NCBI GenBank assembly: GCA_965215265.1
Contig: OZ244048.1
Span: 2,848,001 to 2,912,000, forward strand
Direction: 5' to 3'
Length of the DNA: 64,000 nt
Origin: Candidatus Poribacteria bacterium
GTDB taxonomy: Bacteria; Poribacteria; WGA-4E; WGA-3G
Below, piece by piece: positions 52,716-62,999 of the stretch (position 1 is the stretch's first letter; each line of letters starts with the position of its first letter). The notes under the pieces were generated by a model. That model was not told the DNA's origin. It searched no databases and worked only from the letters and a program-made list of their open reading frames with translations. The position numbers and the translations under genes were made by a program.

Positions 52716-54883
52716 AGAAACCAACGTATCCGTTACTTTTCCATAAAGTTTACATCTTCAAGAAACTTGTTATCGCGACACTCATTGCTGCCCTTGCCAT
52801 GTCAGGAGTCCCTGCTACCGCTGCAAAACCACACGAGGTGCTTACGTTTGAACCGATTCAGTTTAAACCACCGGTTCCAGAAGAACGTGAACTTTCAAAT
52901 GGGATGACCCTTTACCTGATCGAAGATCACGAATTACCGCTTTTCAATATCAACGGTCTTATCAAAACTGGCAGCATTTATGATGCCGCGGATAAGGTAG
53001 GCTTAGCATCCATTTTCGCAAACGTAATGAGAACCGGCGGCACGATTTCGCGAGAACCTGACGCACTCAATGAAGAATTGGAATCGATGGCAGCCTCTGT
53101 TGAAATTAGTATGTCACGAGAATATGGCGGAATGAATCTCTCAACACTTGCAGAGGATATTGAAAAAGGGTTAGAAATCTTTGCTGATGTACTCAGGAAT
53201 CCTGCATTTCGCGAGGATAAACTGGAACTTCAGAAACAGAAAACGATTGAAGGTATCCGTAGAAGGAACGACAACCCTATCCAATTGGCATGGCGTAATT
53301 TCTCTGCGTTGCTCTACGGCACAGACCATCCGTTTGGATGGTATTCTGAGATCGAAGGCATAGAAAGCATCACCGTCGAAGATCTGAAGGCATTCCACGC
53401 TAAATATTATCATCCGAATAACATCATGCTCGCGATTACCGGAGATTTTGACACAGATACATTGATTGCGCAACTCGAAAGGGTGTTCGATGGCTGGAAG
53501 CACGCAGAGATTGATTTTCCGAACGTGCCAACAGTGGAAGCGACACCGAACCCATCTGTAAACTACATTTTCAAAGACCTGAATCAGACGACTATGTTAA
53601 TCGGTCATTTCGGCATCAAACGTACGCCTGATTTTCCGGACTACTTCCCGCTGCGAGTGATGAATGAGATTCTCGGTGAAGGTGGGTTTACTTCGCGGTT
53701 GATGATTGAAGTTCGAGAGAAACACGGCCTTGCCTATATGGTGGGGAGTTTGATGCAAACGAGTTACTATACGAATCCAGGGGAATGGTTCGCGTACTCA
53801 CAGACGCGTGCGGATAAAACCGCCGAAGCCATCTCCCTTATTATTAATATTGTTAGCGATTTACGAGAAACCCCGGTGCCTGAAGATGAACTTCAACGCA
53901 CCAAAGACTCGCTCATCAATTCGTTCGTCTTTCAGTTCGAGAGCAGCAGTCAGATAGCTTTTCAGCAGATGATGCTGGCATTTCGTGGTTACGCACCAGA
54001 TTTTCTTGAGACATTCACTGATAATATAGCGAAAGTCACAGCTGAAGACGTGCGAAATGTGGCGCGGAAATATCTCCATCCAGATGCATTAACCGTCGTC
54101 ACTGTCGGTAATAAGGAACATTTCGATCGCCCCTTAAGCGAATTCGGTGAGGTTAACGAAATTGAGCTCGCACAACCTGAGGCACCGCCGCCGGAACCGA
54201 TGCCAGAGGCGAGCGATGCCGATGTAGCGAAAGCCAAAGAGATTCTTGCCGCGGCAGTTAAGGCACACGGCGGCATTGAAAAATTGCAGGCTGTGAAGAA
54301 CATCGTTACGAAGGCACGCACCACAGCCAATTCACCGATGGGATCAATGAACGTAGAAGGGACATCTTACTACGTCTCTCCTGATAAATTTCGGCAAGAC
54401 CTTATCATGCCCCAGGGAGACATGAGCATGATCTTTGATGGGAGCTCTGCCTTTGTGATAATACCGGCAGGGCCACAGCCGCTACCGCCTGAAACCGTAA
54501 CCTCCTTCAAAGACGCTATTTTCAGGGAAACGATTTGGCTCCTCACTAATCTCACCCGAAACGATATTCCGGTTCAATACGGGGGTACAGAAGAAGTAGC
54601 CGGCAAACCCGCTGCGATTCTTCTCGTCACACAGCCCTCCGGTGAGGTGCTCAAACTCTTTGTTAGTGAAGAGACGCACTACATAGTGAAAATGGCCTAC
54701 CGTGAGACGGAGCAAGGCGTTACGTCAAATCGGGAAGAGATTAAAGACGATTTTCAAGATGTAGACGGCATCAAAATTGCCCATCATGTCATCCAAAATG
54801 TAGAGGGCGAACTTTTCACCGAGACTCGGATAACAAGTGTTACACTGAATGCTGAACTTGACGAGTCTCTGTTTCAGGAGTAA
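52712..54883 (+). CDS. M16 family peptidase, non-catalytic subunit with extra C-terminal domain
   Basis: No HxxEH; SRLMIEVREKHGLAY motif; Pro linker then ~230-aa AAVKAHGG... domain. Confidence 0.88.
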   Translation: MKKPTYPLLFHKVYIFKKLVIATLIAALAMSGVPATAAKPHEVLTFEPIQFKPPVPEERELSNGMTLYLIEDHELPLFNINGLIKTGSIYDAADKVGLASIFANVMRTGGTISREPDALNEELESMAASVEISMSREYGGMNLSTLAEDIEKGLEIFADVLRNPAFREDKLELQKQKTIEGIRRRNDNPIQLAWRNFSALLYGTDHPFGWYSEIEGIESITVEDLKAFHAKYYHPNNIMLAITGDFDTDTLIAQLERVFDGWKHAEIDFPNVPTVEATPNPSVNYIFKDLNQTTMLIGHFGIKRTPDFPDYFPLRVMNEILGEGGFTSRLMIEVREKHGLAYMVGSLMQTSYYTNPGEWFAYSQTRADKTAEAISLIINIVSDLRETPVPEDELQRTKDSLINSFVFQFESSSQIAFQQMMLAFRGYAPDFLETFTDNIAKVTAEDVRNVARKYLHPDALTVVTVGNKEHFDRPLSEFGEVNEIELAQPEAPPPEPMPEASDADVAKAKEILAAAVKAHGGIEKLQAVKNIVTKARTTANSPMGSMNVEGTSYYVSPDKFRQDLIMPQGDMSMIFDGSSAFVIIPAGPQPLPPETVTSFKDAIFRETIWLLTNLTRNDIPVQYGGTEEVAGKPAAILLVTQPSGEVLKLFVSEETHYIVKMAYRETEQGVTSNREEIKDDFQDVDGIKIAHHVIQNVEGELFTETRITSVTLNAELDESLFQE

Positions 54884-54886
54884 CCC

Positions 54887-55657
54887 GTGAAAGTGCTAAA
54901 TTTACGCGTGCGCTACTTTCAAGACAGCACCCCGGCAGATGTACCTTGCCGGGAAACCGCCTTTATCCGCCGTGAAATTGACATGCAGTTGGCTGTTGAA
55001 CAAACTGCTTTGGTTTTGGTTGACTTGTGGAACGTGCATTTCATTGAAAGTTGGATAGAACGGGCGAAACGGGTAACGGTTGACTGTGTCGTACCGGTGA
55101 TCGATGCCGCACGGAGAAGGGGCGTGACAATCGTTCACGCCCCTTCTCCGCCGGTAGCGGAGAAGTATATACAACTCCAAAGGCATGAACCGCCTCAACG
55201 GTCCGTACCGCCGGCGTGGCCGCCAGCGGATTTCCGAACCCGCGAAGGGGACTACGCCGTTTACCGCGGACCGCGCAGTCAACTACCTGGAATCGGCGTA
55301 CATTGGGATAAACTCGCATCCCAACTGGATATGTCTCCAACAATTGATGTTCAAGATGACGATTTTGTGATTGCCACGGGGACGCAATTACACCAGTTGT
55401 TAATGGACCGTCGCATCTTTCATCTCCTCTATGCCGGCTTTGCGACGAATTGGTGTGTCTTAGGCAGAGATTACGGCATTCGTTCGATGGCTCGGTACGG
55501 ATATAATATTGTTCTTCTCCGAGATGCAACCACTGGTGTGGAATTCCCTGACACGTATGATGAATTGTTCACAACAGAGATTGCCATCAGGGAGGTAGAA
55601 CAGCAGTACGGATTCAGCGTATCAAACACCGATTTTTTCAAGGCGGTAGGTTTGTAA
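54887..55657 (+). CDS. Isochorismatase-like cysteine hydrolase
   Basis: TALVLVDLW, GFATNWCV, LLRDAT motifs. Confidence 0.82.
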   Translation: MKVLNLRVRYFQDSTPADVPCRETAFIRREIDMQLAVEQTALVLVDLWNVHFIESWIERAKRVTVDCVVPVIDAARRRGVTIVHAPSPPVAEKYIQLQRHEPPQRSVPPAWPPADFRTREGDYAVYRGPRSQLPGIGVHWDKLASQLDMSPTIDVQDDDFVIATGTQLHQLLMDRRIFHLLYAGFATNWCVLGRDYGIRSMARYGYNIVLLRDATTGVEFPDTYDELFTTEIAIREVEQQYGFSVSNTDFFKAVGL

Positions 55658-55762
55658 ATACTCATCTAAAGATAAGGACACATTGAATGCATCAGTCCTC
55701 CGTTGAGGCTCAAATTGATAAAGTTGACACCTTTTTCTCTTGAACGTTACTTGTGATATCGA

Positions 55763-56423
55763 TTAATCTTGTTCATGCGGGGCGAGAATTAGCGTCATCC
55801 GCTGTTCTTCAGATAAATACCGGTTTGCAACGTCAATCACATCAGCGGAAGATACTTTTGAAAGCGCGTTCGCAAGTTTTTGTAAGGTGTCGCCATATTG
55901 AAACTCAAGCAAGCCCCACTGAAGCCCAATGTTACCGAGCATCATTGCTTTGGTGGCCGGTTTGTATCGTCTAACCCTAGTTATGTCAGGCGGCGTGCTA
56001 ATTTGCCGAGATATTCCTTTTGCGAGCATAGTTACTTGGGGATTGGCTTCTTTCAATTTCTTCAATTGATTTAGGTGCTTTGCAATATGATGCTTAACTT
56101 TCTCTATATCTGCATCCGGCTTAAGTGAAGCACAGACATATAGATATGTCTGTTCAGGAGTGATAAGGTCTACATTACTGATAATAAACCCTATGCTTTG
56201 CTTCAGTTCTGCATCCATCATGAAGTCCTGATTCAAAAGTAAGTTTGCGACATAAAGTGCTGCAGCGACCGCCTCGGCATCCTCAACGTAGAGACTGATG
56301 ACACGAATGCCGTTGCTAAGCGTGAAGCGCGTCACTTCTGGCGGAGAAGCAGAAACGGTAAAACCGGGACATGAGTAGAGATAAAGTTGCAATAACGACG
56401 AAAAAAATCCGTACCGATTTCAT
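55763..56423 (-). pseudogene. Internally deleted/frameshifted M16-peptidase-like gene
   Basis: Signal peptide from ATG 56423 is out of frame with FTLSNGIRV; that N-terminal motif is joined directly to a C-terminal VSSADVIDVANRYL segment. Confidence 0.6.
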
Positions 56424-56440
56424 AAGTATCTCCTGTGTCG

Positions 56441-57013
56441 TTACAACTTTTTCAATTCGGCAATAATTTGCTCGGAGGTCAGACGAATGTCTAATTTCTC
56501 GTCAAGGAACTTCCAGCGAATTCTCCCTGTTTCATCAATGATATAAGTGGCGGGCCGGGCAATTCTCGGATTGCTCGGGTCTACGACATTATAGGCTGAG
56601 ATAGCCTCTTTCTCTGCATCAGAGAGTATGAGATAGGTTAAGTTAAGCCGCTGCCGGGTTGTGACGACAAGAGGGGGTGGATCCGCGCTAATCGCAATAA
56701 TTTCAGCACCTTCTGCTTGAATCGCTTCGTATCCTCTTTGCAACTCACTGAGTTGCGCTTGACAAAATCCTCACGTCCCAAACCGATAGAAAACGAGTAC
56801 TACCTTTTTATTTAGAGAGTCAGTGAGGCTGTGTAAATTTCCGTCGCCATCAGCGAGTGAGAAGACTGGCGCATTTTCCCCAACGCTTAAGCCTTCACCT
56901 GCGGGCAGCTCTTCGATAATCGGGGTTGGCACAAGTATATCCACTTCATTACAAGCAAAGGCGGTTAGAGCAATGATTGCCATGAGAATGTAGGTATTTA
57001 ATTTAGATTTCAT
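56441..57013 (-). CDS. Selenocysteine-containing peroxiredoxin-like (AhpC/TSA) lipoprotein, UxxC
   Basis: Two track ORFs in one frame: VVLVFYRFGT-TGA(56771-56773)-GFCQAQL...IIAISAD...ARPATYIID; hairpin GCAACTC/GAGTTGC 14 nt after TGA; TAFAC lipobox. Confidence 0.88.
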
Positions 57014-57049
57014 GTTTTACTCCTTTAGGAGGAAGGTCTAAGTCGATAT

Positions 57050-58357
57050 TCAAATATCGCTTTGCGCCTCCATCCAGTTTGTTAGATCGGTACGCATCTG
57101 TTCAAGTATAGGAAGTGCATCGGGGTTAAACGCCAAATTATTAAATTCGTACGGGTCGGTTTGAACATCATACAGTTCCTCAGCGGGATGATATTGAATG
57201 AGATAAACAAGTCGCGCGATTTCCGGATCGCTTTTGGATTTTTCTATCCAACTTTTCCAGACCTCGGCGTGGCTTTCGGGAATGCCCTCAACTTCGGTGA
57301 AATGTGTTGTCCAAGTATTTTGAGGCATTAGATTTAAGATATATTTGAACCGGGTATCGCGTACGCAGCGTTGCGGAAAAACGTTCATATTTCCGTCGCG
57401 CGTATGCGTGCCGTAAATTTTATCACGAAAGGCTGTCTGTTGTCCAAGCAGCACGTTTTTGAAACTGCGGCCGTCTAAATGCTCGTCGGGTTCACCGCCT
57501 GCAATGTCTATAAGCGTTGGCAAAAAATCAATGTGCGAAATCAGGGCATCCGAAACAGTTCCATTTTCAATTTTCCCGGGCCATCTCGCAATAAAAGGCA
57601 AGCGGATGCCTGTGTCATACAACGTCCATTTGCAGTGAGGCCACTCCGAACCGTGGTCAGTCGTGTAGATAAACACGGTATTTCCTGCATACCCATACTC
57701 TTCTAACATCGCCGTGATTTCACCGATACGAGCATCCATCGTGGTGATGTCTTGGTAGTAGTTGGAGAGTGCTTTCCGGGCGACAGGCGTATCGGCAATA
57801 TACGGTGGAAGGGATAAGGTGTCTGGTGCATAAATCTTGTTCGGTTCCCACGTAACGTGCGGATTGCTATCACCGAGAATAAGACAGGCCGGCTGATTTG
57901 GATATTCTTGACGATGGGTTGAAAGAAAACGTTGAACAGAGACCGTATCAAGCCCTTCGGCGCGGTATTTTCGAGGACAGTCGGCACGCTCGGGAAGAAA
58001 TCCACCGATGTATTCAAAATCGAAGAGTCCCTCCGGTTTGACGTGCGTTTTGCCTGCAATTGCCACTCGATATCCGAGTTCGCGAAGGTAGCGCGGCAAA
58101 GTTTTAAGGTCTGCATGGCATGCTGTGTGATTGCCCATTGCGCCGTGCCGGGCAGGATAAAGTCCCGTGTAAAGGGTTGAACGAGACGGCGCGCATGTCG
58201 GCGTTGGTGTAAAGGCGTGTGTGAACCGCATTCCTGCTTCCGCAAGACTATCCAGATACGGCGTTTGAATGTCCGCGTTTCCGTAGCAACCGAAGTATTC
58301 CCAACCGTGGTCATCGGAAAGATAGACAATGATATCAGGTCTGTCTGAGCATGTCAT
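57050..58357 (-). CDS. Sulfatase (Cys-type)
   Basis: SDDHG, CAPSRSTLYTG, GKTH, TTDHG, ELYD motifs. Confidence 0.93.
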   Translation of the reverse strand: MTCSDRPDIIVYLSDDHGWEYFGCYGNADIQTPYLDSLAEAGMRFTHAFTPTPTCAPSRSTLYTGLYPARHGAMGNHTACHADLKTLPRYLRELGYRVAIAGKTHVKPEGLFDFEYIGGFLPERADCPRKYRAEGLDTVSVQRFLSTHRQEYPNQPACLILGDSNPHVTWEPNKIYAPDTLSLPPYIADTPVARKALSNYYQDITTMDARIGEITAMLEEYGYAGNTVFIYTTDHGSEWPHCKWTLYDTGIRLPFIARWPGKIENGTVSDALISHIDFLPTLIDIAGGEPDEHLDGRSFKNVLLGQQTAFRDKIYGTHTRDGNMNVFPQRCVRDTRFKYILNLMPQNTWTTHFTEVEGIPESHAEVWKSWIEKSKSDPEIARLVYLIQYHPAEELYDVQTDPYEFNNLAFNPDALPILEQMRTDLTNWMEAQSDI

Positions 58358-58362
58358 CTATT

Positions 58363-59217
58363 CTAGGCCCCTGCAAGTGGGTAGGGCTTTGGTTTTTCAA
58401 GGCTTTCACTTCCGATTTGGACAGATTCCGGTGGAAATTGCGTACAGACCTGTCCTTTTTTCATTGCCCACCGGAAATTATGCCAGAAACGTTTGCTTGT
58501 TTTGACAATTTCGGGATTCGTCCAGACACCGGCAACTGCAATGCGGCTTTGCTCGCTCTGATTCGGTGGACTATAGTGCCACATATTGCTGTGCCAAAAA
58601 ACAACGTCGCCTGGGTCTAGTTCAATATGATGAACGCGGTGCTTCTGAAGCATTTGCTGGACCTTTTCACGCGGCAATTCTCCGTGGATGCTATCCGAAT
58701 AAAGCACGTGTTCAACGATTTCGGTTTTGTGGCTTCCTGGTATAAACTGCATGCATCCATTCTCGCACGTTGCTGGCTCGAGCGGCATCCAGAAGTTGAA
58801 CGGCTCCGTTTCGCCATCACGCCAGAGTCCGTTATCTTGGTGCCATGGTGTCGCGCTACCTGTACGAGCAGGTTTGAGAAAGCAGCTGTTAAACTTGACG
58901 ATGATATCGTCCCCGAGAAAATAGCGAGCTATATTGAGCAACACCGGACCGGCATGAACGTTATGCCAGATGAGCGGCGATTGTACACAGAAATTGCTTA
59001 GTTTACGGTAGCGGGCGATACGTCCCTGAGGAGTATCCTCCATCGGATTCATCGGATCCAAATCAACGAATGTGCCGGGCTCAGGCAACATAATGACGTT
59101 GCGGATGACACCGCGGAGTTCCACCGTCAATTCGTATGAAATCAAGCCGCGTAGGATAAAATAGCCTTGGGTCTCGTATTGTGCCTTTTGCTCAAAGGTT
59201 GGTTGCCATTGTTGCAT
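58363..59217 (-). CDS. PhyH family Fe(II)/2OG oxygenase
   Basis: PWHQD, ENGCMQFIPGSHK, WHYS motifs. Confidence 0.9.
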   Translation of the reverse strand: MQQWQPTFEQKAQYETQGYFILRGLISYELTVELRGVIRNVIMLPEPGTFVDLDPMNPMEDTPQGRIARYRKLSNFCVQSPLIWHNVHAGPVLLNIARYFLGDDIIVKFNSCFLKPARTGSATPWHQDNGLWRDGETEPFNFWMPLEPATCENGCMQFIPGSHKTEIVEHVLYSDSIHGELPREKVQQMLQKHRVHHIELDPGDVVFWHSNMWHYSPPNQSEQSRIAVAGVWTNPEIVKTSKRFWHNFRWAMKKGQVCTQFPPESVQIGSESLEKPKPYPLAGA

Positions 59218-59563
59218 AGTATGTTATCTCTTTTGTTGATTAATAACCCCATACCATGGTGCTTCCTACAGTTAGCCCAGTTCGCCACTGCAGCATCCAA
59301 CACACGTACCGTATTCGGGTTTTTAATCGATCTAAAAACCTATTTCAGCACCACAAACTTAGCCTAATTGATGCTTTTCAACGTACTCATTCAGTCGTTA
59401 ACAAGGTCTGCTGCACACTTGGGAATGTGGGTTTTGACTGATTCAGTTGTGTATCTGCCAGGGCACCCTCCTCAGGTAGATTCTTTAATACTATAACACT
59501 TGCACCTCATTTTGTCAAACCGCGATAAAAATTAATTTCCTGCCCGTTTCCCCCCCGCTTCAG

Positions 59564-60304
59564 TTAAAGATTTTTGAGTTTTCCCCACGTAGTCGTCAAC
59601 AAGCCGTTTGGTGAAACAGATAAAACAGCTTCCACGCCTTCTGTCAATTTTTCTATTTCTACCTCTGTTATTGCTCTATCAAAAAAGACAACTTCGTCCA
59701 ATCTGCCGAGAAATTTCTCACCTCCGAATGTGCCGAATAGGAGTTCACCGGCTCCATCTATATCGCCGGTCTGTTTTGTAGTTGCTTCCAGTATGCCATC
59801 AACATAGATTCTCATCTCCTTGCTATCGTAAAGGCCGACAATGTGGTACCACTGTTCAAATTCAAGTGCTGTTGTGCCCCACACGCCACCCGTAAATCCG
59901 CCCCCTGACCAGATGCCGAATACATAGCCGCCTGGCACTTTTTCTGTTGGCGACTGCACCTCTAAGAGATAAGCACCATTCCGTCGGATAGCGGTATCTG
60001 AAACGCCAGCGTTCATATAAACCCACATAGCGATGGTCATCTGTTCTGTAAAGGCCATGCTATCCGAATGTTTAACTGTAACAAGATGTGGCGGCTCAAA
60101 TTCCAACGCACCCCCGAATTTGCCTTCTGCCCATTTTGCTCCCTTAATTTCCCCATCGTTTCCATTGCCAGAAGTATCCGCTGCGATATTTCCCTTTCCT
60201 TCATCAAAAAGCCAGATACCGACAGCATCTTCCAATAAATTTGCACTCAGTGCCGCATTTCCTATACAGAGACATCCGATGCACAAGTAAAACATCCATT
60301 TCAT
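59564..60304 (-). CDS. LamG-like jellyroll secreted protein
   Basis: VGIWLFDEGKG..DTSGNGNDG, WYHIVG, YVDG; C-terminal VSPNGLLTTTWGKLK; ATG 60304 after GGAGG. Confidence 0.87.
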   Translation of the reverse strand: MKWMFYLCIGCLCIGNAALSANLLEDAVGIWLFDEGKGNIAADTSGNGNDGEIKGAKWAEGKFGGALEFEPPHLVTVKHSDSMAFTEQMTIAMWVYMNAGVSDTAIRRNGAYLLEVQSPTEKVPGGYVFGIWSGGGFTGGVWGTTALEFEQWYHIVGLYDSKEMRIYVDGILEATTKQTGDIDGAGELLFGTFGGEKFLGRLDEVVFFDRAITEVEIEKLTEGVEAVLSVSPNGLLTTTWGKLKNL

Positions 60305-60505
60305 GAGTCCATCCCTCCTTTTGAGAAATGAATTTAGCAAAAATTATGAGTCAAGTCAACAAATTTCTGCGGAGTCTATCAGTTTTCTCATCTTTTCTTT
60401 AATATGACTTCAGATTTTAAGATTTTCAGTTTAAGACCAGATATATGTGCAAATTGATTTGAATTTTGTGCAGGATTATGATAAATTGATAGAAAAATCG
60501 TTATT

Positions 60506-61297
60506 TTGAGAATAGAGATGTTGATGCAAGAAATGGTCAAAGACGTTCCGTCGCTCCCAGGTGTCTACTTTTTTCGTGGTGCCTCAGGCAAGATACTTTA
60601 CATAGGCAAGGCGAAATGCTTGCGCAAACGGGTACGCTCGTATTTACATAAAACCAAGGGCCGGCCGTCCAAAATCAAACGATTGGTGCACTGGACGACA
60701 GACGTGCGGTATCAAGTCTGCCGTTCTGAACTAGAGGCCCTGTTCCTTGAGGCACGGTTGATAAAAAAGCATCAACCTTCCTACAACACCGCGCTGAAAC
60801 ATGGGCGGAAATCATGGTATATCCGAATAGATGTTGAAGACGATTTCCCGCTTGTCGAACAAGTTTCCGAAACTGAACCTGATGGTGCGAGATACTTCGG
60901 TCCTTTTGCTAGCAGTAGATGGACAGGAGAGGCGATTGACGTTTTCCACCGTATCTTTCCGATTCGCACATGCGCAGGCACGCTTCATCCGCACGATGAG
61001 TTTCGGCCCTGTTTTAATTACCACATCAAACGGTGTGACGCGCCATGTGCTGGGCATATAACGCGCGATGCCTATCAGGCAATGATAGCTGATGTGGTCG
61101 GATTGTTGGAGGGTAATTACACTCAAGTTTTCACGTCGCTAGTTGCAAAACGGGATAGTGCTGCTGCAGCACTTCATTTTGAGCGGGCCGCCGCACTTCA
61201 AAAACAGATTCAACGTATCCAAAAAGTGTTTACCTTTTTAGATGTACACCGAAAAGGAGGCGCAACAGATGAACAAAGAGGTCCTCGGTGGGTCTAA
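60506..61297 (+). CDS. UvrC N-terminal-like GIY-YIG nuclease with UVR domain (Cho-like)
   Basis: PGVYFF..LYIGKAKCLRKRVRSY, YFGPF, Cys cluster, FERAA; lacks the RNase H/HhH half of UvrC. Confidence 0.82.
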   Translation: MRIEMLMQEMVKDVPSLPGVYFFRGASGKILYIGKAKCLRKRVRSYLHKTKGRPSKIKRLVHWTTDVRYQVCRSELEALFLEARLIKKHQPSYNTALKHGRKSWYIRIDVEDDFPLVEQVSETEPDGARYFGPFASSRWTGEAIDVFHRIFPIRTCAGTLHPHDEFRPCFNYHIKRCDAPCAGHITRDAYQAMIADVVGLLEGNYTQVFTSLVAKRDSAAAALHFERAAALQKQIQRIQKVFTFLDVHRKGGATDEQRGPRWV

Positions 61298-61382
61298 TGG
61301 AACAACGCGGTGCCGCTAAAGGAGGCGCAACAGATGAACAAAGAGGTCCTCGGTGGGTCTAATGGAACAACGCGGTGCCGCT
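61253..61382 (+). repeat. Perfect 65-bp tandem duplication containing RBS + ATG
   Basis: 61253-61317 = 61318-61382. Confidence 0.95.
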
Positions 61383-61648
61383 GTGGAAGGCTACGCTATC
61401 CGCGCCATCCGGTATGCCCCAAATGTTATTACGAAGGCTTGCAGGAACCGGTTTCCCAAAAGAAATTGTCGCGTGCAGAATTGTTAAAAATGCAAATCTC
61501 AAAACCGATGCCCCTCGGTGATCGGGAAGAGCGGGTCCGATTCTTGGAAAAAAGGTACGGCACACAACTGCGCGGACAAGATATCCGTTATATGAAAAAC
61601 CGACAATTGTACGCCCTCTCAGAACAAGCAGGATATCGTCGAAAATAA
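61334..61648 (+). CDS. Small Zn-ribbon-like hypothetical protein
   Basis: ATG after AAGGAGG; CRCG...CPKC. Confidence 0.65.
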   Translation: MNKEVLGGSNGTTRCRCGRLRYPRHPVCPKCYYEGLQEPVSQKKLSRAELLKMQISKPMPLGDREERVRFLEKRYGTQLRGQDIRYMKNRQLYALSEQAGYRRK

Positions 61649-61667
61649 GTTGAGGTAAAAAAAACGT

Positions 61668-61696
61668 TTGACAAATTAGGTCAGATTTGCTAAAAT
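61668..61696 (+). promoter_or_regulatory. sigma70 promoter of the HMA cluster
   Basis: TTGACA-17nt-TAAAAT; CAAAT/ATTTG dyad across the spacer. Confidence 0.7.
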
Positions 61697-61769
61697 AATT
61701 GATAAACGACTTGTGATAGTTAGTTTTTTCTGTAGGTCGTTTAACAAATAACTCAAGGAGGTCAACCCG

Positions 61770-62201
61770 ATGTATATTGCGAAATTATCGCTGATCTGCC
61801 TCATCGCTTTTGCATTCATGGTAGGCTGTGGGATGATGGGCAAAAAGGCAGAAATGCCAGAAGCCGCCACAGGTTCCATGGAAGGTGAAATGATGAAATC
61901 CGAGGCCGCGGAAGCCAAGACAGAGTCCTCTGTTATGGAAGAGGAAACGCCAGAAGCCACGGAAGCTATAGCAGAGGCCGCCATTGAAGAGGTGACGTTA
62001 AACGTCACAGGCATGACGTGAGGAGCATGTACCAGTAAGGTGCAGGCTGCACTCTCTCAGATTGCCGGTGTTTCTGAAGTGGTGAGTGTTTCTTCTGATA
62101 CCAACACTGCAGTAGTGAAGGTAGAAAAAGGCAAAGTGGCGAACAACACTCTAACGGAGGCGGTTAAAGACGCGGGCTTCAGTGCCGAAGTTGCCAAATA
62201 A
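61770..62201 (+). CDS. Selenocysteine-containing HMA (CopZ/MerP-like) lipoprotein 1
   Basis: FMVGC lipobox; LNVTGMT-TGA(62019-62021)-GACTSKVQAALSQIAGV...AVKDAGFSAEVAK; hairpin GTGCA-GGC-TGCAC at 62040-62052. Confidence 0.9.
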
Positions 62202-62210
62202 ACGTTTGTA

Positions 62211-62244
62211 TGGAGGGACGGGCATCGCTCGCCCTCCATTTTTT
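62211..62244 (+). terminator. Intrinsic terminator
   Basis: tggaggg...ccctcca stem + T6 right after TAA 62201. Confidence 0.75.
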
Positions 62245-62263
62245 ATAGAGGAGATATTCTGAA

Positions 62264-62617
62264 ATGCGAGTACAACAACGCAGTACGCTATTTATCTGTT
62301 TGATCGCACTGCTCTTGGCTATCGGCTGTGCCGATCAGCAAAAGACAACAAGCGAGAAAACGGAAACTATCTCACCGTCCACAGCAGAGGCCGCCATTGA
62401 AGAAGTGACACTAAACGTCACAGGTATGACGTGAGGAGCTTGTACCAGTAAGGTGCAGGCTGCACTCTCTCAGGTTAGTGGTGTTACTGAAGTAGTGAGC
62501 GTTTCCGATGCGGAAAACAAGGCGGTAGTGAAGATAGAAAAAGGCAAAGTAACGAACGCCGATTTGACGGCGGCAGTTGAAGGTGCCGGAAATTTTAGTG
62601 CGAAAGTTTCCGAATAA
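62264..62617 (+). CDS. Selenocysteine-containing HMA lipoprotein 2 (absent from the ORF track)
   Basis: ATG after GAGGAG; LAIGC lipobox; LNVTGMT-TGA(62432-62434)-GACTSKVQAALSQVSGV...AVEGAGNFSAKVSE; same hairpin at 62453-62465. Confidence 0.9.
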
Positions 62618-62629
62618 ACGTTTGGTGGA

Positions 62630-62658
62630 AGGGCGGGCGTGGCTCGCCCTCTATTTTT
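62630..62658 (+). terminator. Intrinsic terminator
   Basis: agggcgggc/gctcgccct stem + T-run after TAA 62617. Confidence 0.72.
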
Positions 62659-62999
62659 CCGATTGCCTATTGGGTATATTCTAAAATGCGTCAACTTACT
62701 TGTAAAATCTAGTAACTTTTATAAATTATTTTCAGATACATCTACAGAACCTGCTCACAAATTGGTGCATCTCTTTTTTAATATTCTCCTTTTTGTGTAG
62801 TCGGAATTAACTCATCTCAATCCAACCTGTTGGTAATCTAATATTTTCCAATTCCTCTCCCTATTTTGACTTGGGGCAGAATGTGCCATTGCTTATTTTT
62901 TATATCTCATTAGATTTTGAATCAACGGTGGAATGTGTTGAACGGATGAAAACAGTGTTCCCGCCAAAAAAGTCGCATGCTTTTGAAATGTAAATCGAG

